Source of the DNA: a virus
Lineage: Duplodnaviria; Caudoviricetes
Direction: 5' to 3' (one strand)
Length of the DNA: 43,205 nt
IMG/VR virus record: IMGVR_UViG_3300027886_000002
Span: 1 to 43,205 of that record
Below the pieces are notes generated by a model that worked only from the letters and a program-made list of their open reading frames with translations, did not search any database and had not been told where the DNA came from. Both the position numbers and the translations under genes were made by a program. This document shows, piece after piece, positions 25,717 to 33,648 of this stretch (the stretch's first letter is position 1; each line of letters opens with the position of its first letter).

Positions 25717-25932
25717 ATGAACATGAACCGACACGCCATCGAAGAAAAAGCCAAGTACCACGCCGCGCACGCCGCGGAGGCCTGGACGTATCGTAACCTC
25801 GCGGACTACGCCATCGAGACCGCCCGCTTCGAGCTGGCGTGCAAGGCCGGCGCCCGCATGGACCGAGCAGCAGCCAGGCTCTACGACCGCATCCACGGAG
25901 CCCAGTCATGGCTGACAGGCGGCCGCCCGTGA
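25717..25932 (+). CDS. Hypothetical protein
   Basis: 69-71 aa; GGAG SD (start may be 25723). Confidence 0.65.
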   Translation: MNMNRHAIEEKAKYHAAHAAEAWTYRNLADYAIETARFELACKAGARMDRAAARLYDRIHGAQSWLTGGRP

Positions 25933-26120
25933 AGCGCTGCGTGTTGATGGCCGTGCGTGTGCCGCTCCATCGGACGCGCATCGTGCACGATGAGCGCTGG
26001 GGTGTGTGCGTCGAGCTAGTGCCCAACCGACCCGGGTGGGGCGAGGTCCTCGAGTGGGTGCTGTGCCTCGCCTTCGTCGCTGTGCTCGTGGGCGCGCAGC
26101 TTCTGCTCGCGGGCCTTTGA
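25929..26120 (+). CDS. Small membrane protein
   Basis: GTG start overlapping upstream stop; C-terminal TM WVLCLAFVAVLVGAQLLLAGL. Confidence 0.5.
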   Translation: MKRCVLMAVRVPLHRTRIVHDERWGVCVELVPNRPGWGEVLEWVLCLAFVAVLVGAQLLLAGL

Positions 26121-26279
26121 GCGCTCCATGCGCTTGCGCAGGGCATCGAGCCGCTTGCGCTGTGCCTCAACCTGCCGGTTGGTGACGTCGAGCCGGCGCC
26201 GTAGCGTCTGGAGCTCGGCCAGCGTGTGCGCGAGCTGCAGCCCTAGGTCATCGACGATGAAGCGCTTGGGCAGCGTCAC
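26016..26279 (-). CDS. Coiled-coil hypothetical protein
   Basis: GTG overlapping the stop of the HTH gene; LAELQTLRRRLDVTNRQVEAQRKRLDAL. Confidence 0.55.
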   Translation of the reverse strand: MTLPKRFIVDDLGLQLAHTLAELQTLRRRLDVTNRQVEAQRKRLDALRKRMERSKAREQKLRAHEHSDEGEAQHPLEDLAPPGSVGH

Positions 26280-26677
26280 GCCGCACGCTCCGAGCTGCGG
26301 GCCATGATGCGCTGGCCCCGCAGCATGTAGTACGACATTAGCGCCGTCTCGTCCCAGACGCGGTACTGGAGCCCGCCGTTGACGTCGCAGGGCTCGAGCA
26401 CCATCACCAGCTGGTAGGTGGCGGCCATCTTCTTGACGTGGTAGAGCGCGAGCTGGCGGCTGATGCCGAGCGCATCGCCGATGGCGCGGACCGTGAACGG
26501 GATGCCCGTCGCCAGGAGCTCGCGGATGCGCGCCTGCTTGCGCAGCGTCGCAGGGCTCGAGCTCGAGCGCCATTTGGGCGTGCGCTTGCCGCGCGCCTTC
26601 TTGGTCTTGGGCGCGAGCTCGCCGATGTAGGAGTCATTGAGGCTGGTGCGGGTGTAGGTGGTATCATCGAATGCCAT
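26276..26677 (-). CDS. Winged-HTH DNA-binding protein (candidate regulator)
   Basis: FTVRAIGDALGISRQLALYHVKKM; 133 aa from MAFDD. Confidence 0.75.
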   Translation of the reverse strand: MAFDDTTYTRTSLNDSYIGELAPKTKKARGKRTPKWRSSSSPATLRKQARIRELLATGIPFTVRAIGDALGISRQLALYHVKKMAATYQLVMVLEPCDVNGGLQYRVWDETALMSYYMLRGQRIMARSSERAA

Positions 26678-26689
26678 GCCCCACAGTAA

Positions 26690-26706
26690 TGCAGCGTCCG
26701 TGCCAA
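26690..26706 (-). promoter_or_regulatory. sigma54-like (-24/-12) promoter upstream of the wHTH gene
   Basis: TTGGCACGGACGCTGCA: GG-N10-GC, close to YTGGCACGRNNNTTGCW; 12 nt before ATG. Confidence 0.55.
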
Positions 26707-26815
26707 ATTGTGGGTGACCCGCTATGACAGCGGAGTCATGACGCTTAGCTAACGACGCACTGCGCAGAGGGGCGGGACCGAGCGCCACGCGCTGCGGCAA
26801 ACGTGACGGGGCGCC

Positions 26816-26844
26816 TTGACACCAGACCCGCCGAGTGATAGGGT
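26816..26844 (+). promoter_or_regulatory. sigma70-like leaderless promoter
   Basis: TTGACA-17-TAGGGT with TG extension, 7 nt before ATG 26852. Confidence 0.65.
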
Positions 26845-26851
26845 GCTCGTC

Positions 26852-27064
26852 ATGCTGACGCCATTCGAGCTCACGCTCCTGTTCATCATCTCCGGCCTGC
26901 TGCTCCTGTGCGCGTGGCAGAGCTACCACCACGAGCTGCGCCGCCCGAGCCGCCCGCCTTTCGAGAATTACGGCGTGGACATCAGCGTTGCGCCGTGCAT
27001 CGGCATCGCGGACACGCCAGGGCGACTGCCCTCGTTCACCATCCGCGAGTTTGGGGGCGCGTGA
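26852..27064 (+). CDS. Small membrane protein
   Basis: MLTPFELTLLFIISGLLLLCAW N-terminal TM; 70 aa. Confidence 0.6.
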   Translation: MLTPFELTLLFIISGLLLLCAWQSYHHELRRPSRPPFENYGVDISVAPCIGIADTPGRLPSFTIREFGGA

Positions 27065-27321
27065 GGCGCACGGAATTCATCGACGTCGAGCACCGAGGCT
27101 TCAACCTCGACGACATGGCGCACGTGAACGACAGCCTGCTCGCCGCGTGCGTGGCAGACGACGCCGTCGCGGATGCGTGGGAGCGCGATGCGTTCGAAGG
27201 CATGTTCGTGGACGAAGCGCAGGACGCGATGGCTTCCATGTGGCACGATGCGCAGCGCTCCAGCCTCGCCAGTCTCAACCGGCGCCTGTGGGCGCTCAAC
27301 ATCGAAAGGACCCTGTCATGA
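27061..27321 (+). CDS. Hypothetical acidic protein
   Basis: GTGA overlap with upstream stop; 86 aa. Confidence 0.6.
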   Translation: MRRTEFIDVEHRGFNLDDMAHVNDSLLAACVADDAVADAWERDAFEGMFVDEAQDAMASMWHDAQRSSLASLNRRLWALNIERTLS

Positions 27322-27804
27322 CGCCCGAAAAACCACTCGACATTCAGATGGACGACCCGCCGCTTGCGAGCTTCGGCCCCAACCGCCACGTGCGCCGAGC
27401 CGCCGCCGCCATCAAGCGGCGCATGCTGCGCGCTGGTGAGCATGTGCGCCTCGCCCGCTGGGGCAGCCCGCGCAGCAACGCAGCTCGCATCCGGTTCGCT
27501 GCGCTCTGGCGCGCGTTCCTTTCCACCAAGCTGTTCGCGCTCTGCTTCCCCCTCGCCCTCGCTTGTGGAGGCGTCGACAACGACGAGCTGTTCGATGACA
27601 GCGAGCTTGGCGACGGCGGCGATGAGCTCTGGCGAGGGCCTCAACGCATGGGGCTCGAGCTCGACGAACTACACCCGCACGCAGGTCAACGGCGCCCAAG
27701 CCGTGACGACCTTCTCGGCGGGCGAGGTTTGCCGGATGAACGGCTTCGTCACATCGAGCAACTCGACCATCACCGAGCAGCTGGTAGACTGCGCTAGCGA
27801 CTGA
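27318..27804 (+). pseudogene. Lipoprotein-like gene with apparent frame switch near 27610
   Basis: Frame 1 gives ...LFALCFPLALACGGVDNDELFDDSELG then degenerates; a second frame gives a protein-like C-terminus ATAAMSSGEG...CRMNGF...VDCASD* ending 27804. Confidence 0.45.
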
Positions 27805-27813
27805 AAAGAACGC

Positions 27814-27843
27814 TTGACAGAACGCGCTGAAAGGTTGTAAGAT
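27814..27843 (+). promoter_or_regulatory. sigma70-like promoter for candidate sRNA
   Basis: TTGACA(27814-27819)-18-TAAGAT(27838-27843). Confidence 0.6.
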
Positions 27844-27849
27844 GCGCAT

Positions 27850-27947
27850 TACCAGGCCGGGTTTCCTCCTTTCCCCGGCCTGGCCCTCCAAAGTTGGGGC
27901 TGATGGCCGATACCCTGCTTCGTCATGGTGCCATCAGCCCCGTTTTT
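27850..27947 (+). ncRNA. Candidate ~100 nt two-hairpin sRNA with anti-SD (UUCCUCCUU) loop
   Basis: Perfect 10 bp stem 27852-27861/27874-27883; perfect 12 bp stem 27896-27907/27930-27941 followed by GTTTTT; promoter directly upstream. Confidence 0.55.
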
Positions 27948-28101
27948 GGGGGGAAGCACGCACGAACCATTGCGGCCGTGCGCCCCAAACGTTACCGCAA
28001 AGCGCCGCACCGGGCGCAACGACACGCAAGTACGGTAGTTCTACTGGATTGTCAGGGGCGAAGGGACGGCAGGTCCCTCGTAAGATACCACAGTGCGCCC
28101 C

Positions 28102-28129
28102 TTGACAATCCGCTTTTCGTGCTTACATT
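28102..28129 (+). promoter_or_regulatory. sigma70-like promoter of the structural operon
   Basis: TTGACA(28102-28107)-16-TACATT(28124-28129), about 210 nt before the capsid ATG. Confidence 0.6.
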
Positions 28130-28341
28130 AGATAGACCTTCGGACGTTTCTGCAGGGGCAGACCGCTGAGTTTTTGAGCTCGGGTCGTTCATGCATGGCA
28201 CACTCGGGCCTTCGGGCTCGAAGCCATCCAGCCCCGCCAGAAGCGCCCCAAGAGAGGGGACTCTAGCCGCCCCAACCAAAGAGCCTGCGACGTTGCCCGG
28301 CCGTCATTGCCGAGTGAAATCAACGATTTGCAGGTCTCTCC

Positions 28342-29628
28342 ATGGCTGCTCCGGCAACCCCGACGTTTCGGCTTAACTGGCTGAACATCCATTACAAGAA
28401 GCTCGAGAACATCCACAATGCCTCCATCAAGGCCTCGCCCATCCTCAACAGGATGCGGTTCGAGAAGGCCGGCGGCGAGGCGATTGCGCGACCCTTCGAG
28501 CTCAACGGCTATCGCGGCGACAGCGGCAACTTCCCGGCCGCGCAGACGGTCGCCAATCAGGCCGATTTCCGCAACAGCTCCAAGTACCGCTGGCAGGTTC
28601 CGCTCGGGCTGCACACCGGCTCCATCACGGTCGAGTTCCGTGATGTCGCCCTGAGCAAGAGCGACCAGGACGCGGCCGCGCGCGAGCTGCAGCACACCAC
28701 GGACGGCGTCTTCAAGCAGCGCGCGTCCAACATAATGCGCCTGTGGTTCGGCCCGCTCGGCTCCTACGTCGGCTCGGGCACCTTCACGGTGGCGAGCGGC
28801 GTGGTCACCAGCACCAACCGCATGGACGTCGTGGACATCTTCCCCGGCGACGTGGTGAGCTTCAGCGCCACGGACGGCACCAGCGGCTCGGTCGTTGGCT
28901 CGCCGGGCTACGTGGTCAAGACGGAGGTGGACATCGCCTCGAGCGCCTCCGGCCGCTTCTCTGTCAGCCCGAACAGCGCCGGCACGGTCGGCAACCCCGC
29001 TGGTGTGGCCGATGGGACGTACTACGTCTTCAAGTACGGCAACTTCGACAGCTCGAGCCCCACGAGCAAAATCACGCCCCTGCAGGCCTACCTCACGGCC
29101 ACGCCCGCGAGCACCGACCTGCACAACGTGAAGCGCTCGGCGCACAGCATCCTCTCGGGGCTGCGCGTGCCGGACACCACGATGGCGGGCCGCTCCATCG
29201 GCTCGAAAATCAAGCTGTTCATCGCGCACGCCATGAACATCGCGGGCGTCGATGGCTCGTCCATCGATACCGTGGTGCTCAACCCCATTGAGTGGGCGGA
29301 GGCGGAAGAGGAGTACGCGACCACCATCAGCCGCGACGTCTCGCGCAAGACCGAGGACGGGTTCTCCGAAATCGTCATCAACACGCCGCGCGGTGAGACC
29401 CGCCTGGTGGCAGACCCGCACTGCCCGCAGGGGACCATGTACTTCCTGTCGATGGGCGAGCTGTGCTTCTACAGCCCGACCGGCACCATCGCGATGTGGG
29501 CCGACCTCGAGGGTTCCATCATCCGCCGGAAGGAGACCGAGCTGGTCTACGAGATGACGCCGGTGTCCCTCATCGCGTCGACCATGGGCGCCCCGTTCGC
29601 TCACGGCCGGCAGAGCACCACGGTCTAA
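28342..29628 (+). CDS. Major capsid protein
   Basis: 428 aa; strongest codon bias; first gene of the late arm; C-terminal LVADPHCPQGTMYFLS resembles HK97-fold capsids. Confidence 0.75.
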   Translation: MAAPATPTFRLNWLNIHYKKLENIHNASIKASPILNRMRFEKAGGEAIARPFELNGYRGDSGNFPAAQTVANQADFRNSSKYRWQVPLGLHTGSITVEFRDVALSKSDQDAAARELQHTTDGVFKQRASNIMRLWFGPLGSYVGSGTFTVASGVVTSTNRMDVVDIFPGDVVSFSATDGTSGSVVGSPGYVVKTEVDIASSASGRFSVSPNSAGTVGNPAGVADGTYYVFKYGNFDSSSPTSKITPLQAYLTATPASTDLHNVKRSAHSILSGLRVPDTTMAGRSIGSKIKLFIAHAMNIAGVDGSSIDTVVLNPIEWAEAEEEYATTISRDVSRKTEDGFSEIVINTPRGETRLVADPHCPQGTMYFLSMGELCFYSPTGTIAMWADLEGSIIRRKETELVYEMTPVSLIASTMGAPFAHGRQSTTV

Positions 29629-29690
29629 GGTCGCCTCGCCCGGCGCCGCAAGCCAACCCCGAGCACATCGGATGGCGCCGGGCGGGACCT
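29628..29690 (+). terminator. Stem-loop after capsid gene (terminator or mRNA stabiliser)
   Basis: cgcccggcgcc (29637-29647) / ggcgccgggcg (29674-29684) plus aggtc/gacct outer stem; no U-tract. Confidence 0.5.
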
Positions 29691-29709
29691 CCTACAAGGA
29701 CACACGAAA

Positions 29710-30102
29710 ATGCTGCAGGACTACAAGCCCCAGCTCGACACGCCGAAGCGCCAAGGGCGCTTGGCGCTGGTGTACATTCAGGCCACTTTCGCCTCCGGCG
29801 TTGCGACCGTGGACACCGACAAAAGCTCGCCCCGCGTCACAATGGTGAAGAGCGCTACCGGGCGCTACACCATCACCTTCCCCAAGTCGCAGTTCGTGCA
29901 CTGGGTCGGCGGAGGGCTTGACCCTGCCGCAGACGACCCGACGGACGCGAACGAGCAGGACGTCTCGCCCCGCTCTCTCGTCGCCTCGAGCGGCGGCACT
30001 GGCACGGGCTTCGTGCTGTTCCGCGACTCGGACGACGGTGCGCTGCGCGACCCGAGCGACAACACGCGCTGCTATATCACGCTGCTCATCGGAGGGAACT
30101 GA
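29710..30102 (+). CDS. Probable virion protein (decoration/head fibre-like)
   Basis: 130 aa; ATGRYTITF beta motif; follows MCP; AAGGA SD. Confidence 0.6.
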   Translation: MLQDYKPQLDTPKRQGRLALVYIQATFASGVATVDTDKSSPRVTMVKSATGRYTITFPKSQFVHWVGGGLDPAADDPTDANEQDVSPRSLVASSGGTGTGFVLFRDSDDGALRDPSDNTRCYITLLIGGN

Positions 30103-30103
30103 G

Positions 30104-30259
30104 ATGGCATCCCGACCTAGTTCGAAGGCGCTCGCTGAGCGCCTGGCGGCCGCTGAAGCGCGGCTCGACGCACTGGAGGCCGCCGCGAAGCGCGCCCCGA
30201 AGAACCAACCCAAGAACGACAAGAAGGAGCCGGAACAGGCTCAGAAGGAGCCCAAGTAA
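30104..30259 (+). CDS. Small coiled-coil protein
   Basis: 51 aa MASRPSSKALAERLAAAEARLDALE; GGAGG SD. Confidence 0.6.
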   Translation: MASRPSSKALAERLAAAEARLDALEAAAKRAPKNQPKNDKKEPEQAQKEPK

Positions 30260-30877
30260 ATGGCTGCTGCAGTTTTCACCTCGAGCCCGGCGCCGTACCT
30301 CAACCGGCTCGAGAATTTCGACACCCCGACGCTCTTGCGTCTAGGCCAGAGCTCTGGTGCGGACCTGAACATAACGGACGCTGAGCGCCTCTTGGGCCAC
30401 ACGCCCGCAAGCGCCGCGCGCCAGTGCCTCGAGATGGCGCTCAAGGGCTATCACACCCTGGAGTACACCATGTCGGCGGACACCAACACCGCGGGCGTCA
30501 TCAACCTCACCACGGGCGCGCTGGTGGACTTCCTCACGGTCGGCAAGAGCCGGCGCATCGAGGTTGTGGCGTACCTGTCGGCGGACGTGGACAAGGCGCT
30601 TGTCGAAGAGCAATATCTGGTGGCGTGCGCAGCGACGCCCATCGTCTATCGCTTCCTTCAGGGCTTCACGGCCGACGCGGCTGCGGCTGCGAACGCTCGA
30701 GCCACCATCGGGGCTGGTGACCTGTCGACGGCCATTAACGCGGCGGCAGCAGTGCTCTCGGTCTCGACGGCGGACGTCATTCTGACGCTGACGGGTGTCT
30801 CAAACATCGACACTCGGTGGGTGGTGCAGGTCAAGGTTTTTCCCTGCGTGACCCACCCGCTCATCGCTACCACCTAA
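30260..30877 (+). CDS. Probable virion structural protein
   Basis: 205 aa, Ala/Thr/Val-rich; AAGGAG SD; precedes terminator. Confidence 0.65.
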   Translation: MAAAVFTSSPAPYLNRLENFDTPTLLRLGQSSGADLNITDAERLLGHTPASAARQCLEMALKGYHTLEYTMSADTNTAGVINLTTGALVDFLTVGKSRRIEVVAYLSADVDKALVEEQYLVACAATPIVYRFLQGFTADAAAAANARATIGAGDLSTAINAAAAVLSVSTADVILTLTGVSNIDTRWVVQVKVFPCVTHPLIATT

Positions 30878-30909
30878 GAGGGCGGCAACCGTCCACCTTC
30901 GCGGGTGGC

Positions 30910-30950
30910 AAAAGGCCCGGCGGCAGAAAAGCTGCCGGGCTTTTTCTTTT
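30910..30950 (+). terminator. Intrinsic terminator (possibly bidirectional)
   Basis: AAAA-ggcccggcggc-agaaaa-gctgccgggct-TTTTCTTTT. Confidence 0.85.
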
Positions 30951-30975
30951 AGTTCCCACCACTTCCGCCTGCCAC

Positions 30976-31004
30976 TTGACTTCCACCTTCGGGCATGATA
31001 CCCT
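30976..31004 (+). promoter_or_regulatory. sigma70-like promoter restarting transcription after the terminator
   Basis: TTGACT-17-TACCCT with TG extension. Confidence 0.6.
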
Positions 31005-31035
31005 TAACACCACTTCGTGAGTGTGAAAGGGCCCG

Positions 31036-31323
31036 ATGAGAGAACCTATTTTTTCGTGCAGTGCTCCATGGGTCTACTTCATCCAAGCCAAGAGCGGCGG
31101 GCCAATCAAGATTGGCAAGGCCGCGAACGTCCGGCGCCGGCTGAAGGCCTTGCAGAGTGCCAGCCCGGAAAAGCTCAAAATCCTCGGCGCGACGCGCGTT
31201 CTGTCGGAGCCCGAAGTACACAGAATGTTTTGGAAAGAACGCATCCGGGGCGAATGGTTTGAACCGTCGCCCGCCCTGCTGCGCTTCATCGACGCTGTCC
31301 GCGAGTTTCGGCCGTGTCGATAA
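31036..31323 (+). CDS. GIY-YIG-like (T5orf172/MUG113-type) nuclease
   Basis: VYFIQ...IKIG...RRRLKALQ...E.EVH..F...RIRGEWF. Confidence 0.85.
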   Translation: MREPIFSCSAPWVYFIQAKSGGPIKIGKAANVRRRLKALQSASPEKLKILGATRVLSEPEVHRMFWKERIRGEWFEPSPALLRFIDAVREFRPCR

Positions 31324-31371
31324 TTCTCAGCTTGCTCCGTTGGATGCTCCGCATCCGAGAAAGGCCCGCCC

Positions 31372-31674
31372 GTGAGATTCCTTCTTTTCCCTCTCGTTTT
31401 TCTGGCCTGTGCCGGCGCGCAATTGTCGCCTGCGCAGCAAGAGCGGCTCGACCGCTTCGAGTGTCAGGCACGCGCGCTCGCGCCGGTTGTCGAGCCCGTC
31501 CATGATGCCGTCCAGCTCCTACGCGACCTGCGCGAGGGTAAGGCGGACCTGGGCAAGGTCCTGAAGAGCCTCGCCGCGACGGAGGGCGAAGTCCGCGCGC
31601 TGGTGGCGCGTCTGGAGGCCTGCGATGGCGCACCCGAGCCGCAGCCCGCGCAGCTCGTCCCCGCGAGCTGGTAA
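31372..31674 (+). CDS. Putative lipoprotein
   Basis: GTG start with GAAAGG SD; signal peptide RFLLFPLVFLA-C lipobox. Confidence 0.65.
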   Translation: MRFLLFPLVFLACAGAQLSPAQQERLDRFECQARALAPVVEPVHDAVQLLRDLREGKADLGKVLKSLAATEGEVRALVARLEACDGAPEPQPAQLVPASW

Positions 31675-31678
31675 CGCC

Positions 31679-31852
31679 ATGCGCTGGGACGCGAAAACCC
31701 TTATGGCGCTCGGGCCCATCGTCGCCATCCTGGTGGGCGGGGCAGAGGCACGGCTGGCCGTCAGTCGCCTCGAGGACAAGGTCGACCGCCTGGCCGACCG
31801 CATCGTGCAGCTAGAGCGCACGGGACACTTTGCAAGGAACGACGACCAATGA
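31679..31852 (+). CDS. Small TM plus coiled-coil protein (holin/spanin-like candidate)
   Basis: 57 aa MRWDAKTLMALGPIVAILVGG...RLEDKVDRLADRIVQLE. Confidence 0.55.
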   Translation: MRWDAKTLMALGPIVAILVGGAEARLAVSRLEDKVDRLADRIVQLERTGHFARNDDQ

Positions 31853-32136
31853 ACGACCCAGCAATGGCAGATGCCCTCATGGCAGAGGAAGTGAGCGGCG
31901 ACCTCGGGCTCGGCGCGGAGGGCGAGTCGCCGGACATGTTCGGCGAGAGCTCGGGCGGCATGGAGCTCGGCGCGGGCGACGAGACGGAGCTCGACGAGAT
32001 GTTCGCGGCCGACGCGCAGGCGCTCTTTCCGGACTTCGATGACGCGCAGCTCTCGAGCCTCCAGAAGCTCATCGACGCGCGCATTGACGCCAAGTACGGG
32101 CCAGGCATGGGCGGGGACATCGGCGAGGCGCTGTGA
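31849..32136 (+). CDS. Highly acidic hypothetical protein
   Basis: 95 aa, Asp/Glu/Gly-rich; AAGGA SD. Confidence 0.7.
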   Translation: MNDPAMADALMAEEVSGDLGLGAEGESPDMFGESSGGMELGAGDETELDEMFAADAQALFPDFDDAQLSSLQKLIDARIDAKYGPGMGGDIGEAL

Positions 32137-32138
32137 GG

Positions 32139-32357
32139 TCAGCGGGCGACGTAGCGGCCGTCAACCCCAAAGCCCTGGCCGGGCGGGTTCGGGACGCGGG
32201 CGGCCCGGCCCTGTGCCTGCAACTGCTCCATCTCCCAAACCGGAAGATGTCGCCAGCCCAGCTGCTCTTGGAGCAGAACGAGCGTCGTCGGCTCGCGCGA
32301 GGCCCGCAGGGCGGCGTGGACGGCTTCGATGCGGGCAGTGAGTGCTGCGTTGTTCAT
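32139..32357 (-). CDS. 72 aa hypothetical protein antisense to the late operon
   Basis: MNNAALTARIEAVHAALRAS...; fills the gap between two plus-strand genes. Confidence 0.55.
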   Translation of the reverse strand: MNNAALTARIEAVHAALRASREPTTLVLLQEQLGWRHLPVWEMEQLQAQGRAARVPNPPGQGFGVDGRYVAR

Positions 32358-32419
32358 ACCTGTCAAGAACGGACGCTGTTGCAGGAACTTAAGAGAAATC
32401 TCTCGGAAAGATTCATGCC

Positions 32420-33163
32420 ATGAGCATCATCAAGACCCGGGCGGTATTCCGCGCTCTGGTCACCCGGCGCGCGCGCATCGTCGACCACCTCAACAGCCAC
32501 CCGACGCCCGACCTCAACCTCGACTGCGACGACGGCTACCGCGACCTTCTCACGCTCGCAACGAACAGCAGGTGGAGCACCTACCTGCGCACGACCGGAG
32601 AGCTGGCGCTGCCGACCTCCGCGGCGGCCACCGGTGAGACCTACGCCGTCGTGCCTGTCCCCACCAGCTGCGCGCAGGTCCGCAAGCTGGAGATTCGGCG
32701 CGGCGTCCAGTGGTATCCCATCGAGGAAGTGGGCATCGGCCAGCTTCGCGATTTCCAGCCCATGAGCGGCTCGACCTCCGGCGCCGGCCCGTTTGGCTGG
32801 TGCCTCTTGGACCAGGGCGTCAACGCGACCCTGGTGGGCAATGACGCCACCGCCGACACGGGGGTGATTGCGGTCACTCCCGTCCCCACGTCCGGATTCT
32901 ATCAACTCTGGTATCTCCCCGAATTTGCTGGCACGAGCGCCGAGAGCGGCGCCAACGGCTTCTACGTGTACGCCAACGACGACCATCTCCAGTATCATGT
33001 TTATTCGGTGGTTGTCAAGGTCCTGATTTCCGACAACGACAGCGAGGGCATGTTGGCCGGCGCGCAGGCGCAGCTCGCGCGGTACGAGGCGCGAATTCGC
33101 GAGGGCGCGCCGAGCAAGAGCGGACCGCGCACGTGGCGGCGCTCGAGGAACTACCGCGGATGA
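32420..33163 (+). CDS. Putative head-tail adaptor / tail tubular protein A-like
   Basis: 247 aa; helix-beta-helix layout (LNLDCDDGYRDL...PVPT...LWYLP...YSVVVKVL) typical of podovirus adaptors; upstream of fibre and nozzle. Confidence 0.55.
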   Translation: MSIIKTRAVFRALVTRRARIVDHLNSHPTPDLNLDCDDGYRDLLTLATNSRWSTYLRTTGELALPTSAAATGETYAVVPVPTSCAQVRKLEIRRGVQWYPIEEVGIGQLRDFQPMSGSTSGAGPFGWCLLDQGVNATLVGNDATADTGVIAVTPVPTSGFYQLWYLPEFAGTSAESGANGFYVYANDDHLQYHVYSVVVKVLISDNDSEGMLAGAQAQLARYEARIREGAPSKSGPRTWRRSRNYRG

Positions 33164-33648
33164 CCTGCATCATCGGTGTGGCCGGGCGCGACGGTTTCAT
33201 CTGCGGCGACCGGCGCATCACAGCGGACGGCGAGCGCTGTCCCAACATGGTCAAGGTCTATGCCAACGTCGGTCTGGTGGTGGGCATGTGCGGAAGCGCC
33301 GGGTGCTTCTGGCAGGTGGCACGGCTCATCAAGGAGGGCCGCACCGACCCGAAAGACCTCGTCGAGGCCATCGACGAAGACTCAAGCGGGCTGGCGCTGG
33401 CGGCTGACGGCACGCTGTGGGGCGTCAGTGAGGGCGCCACATGGCCCGTGCGCCAGAAGGTCAAGGCGATTGGCTCTGGCGGCGACCTGGCGACGGGCTA
33501 CCTTGCCGCGCTCGGCGCGCATGGCCGAAAGGCAGTGCGAGAGGCGCAGCGCTACGTCGCCACGCAGCGGACAGACTGCGGCTCGGGCTGCGACTTTCGG
33601 ACGTTCGTGAAGGGTGGCGGCAAGGTGCGGAATGGCAAAGGAAAATAG
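33160..33648 (+). CDS. Ntn-hydrolase, HslV/proteasome-beta-like protease
   Basis: M-T-CIIGV (Thr1 nucleophile), GDRRIT, VKV (K33-like), GMCG, AIGSGG, D-C-GSG; ATGA overlap at 33160. Confidence 0.8.
   Translation: MTCIIGVAGRDGFICGDRRITADGERCPNMVKVYANVGLVVGMCGSAGCFWQVARLIKEGRTDPKDLVEAIDEDSSGLALAADGTLWGVSEGATWPVRQKVKAIGSGGDLATGYLAALGAHGRKAVREAQRYVATQRTDCGSGCDFRTFVKGGGKVRNGKGK

Noticed and set aside
25065-28341. Lysogeny module or tRNA genes
   Set aside because: No integrase, ParA or CI/Cro pair recognised; intergenic hairpins do not form cloverleaves
32358-32400. Canonical leaderless promoter for gene 32357
   Set aside because: Spacing fits (TTAAGT-17-TTCTTG-6-ATG) but both boxes are poor matches, so it is not listed as a promoter
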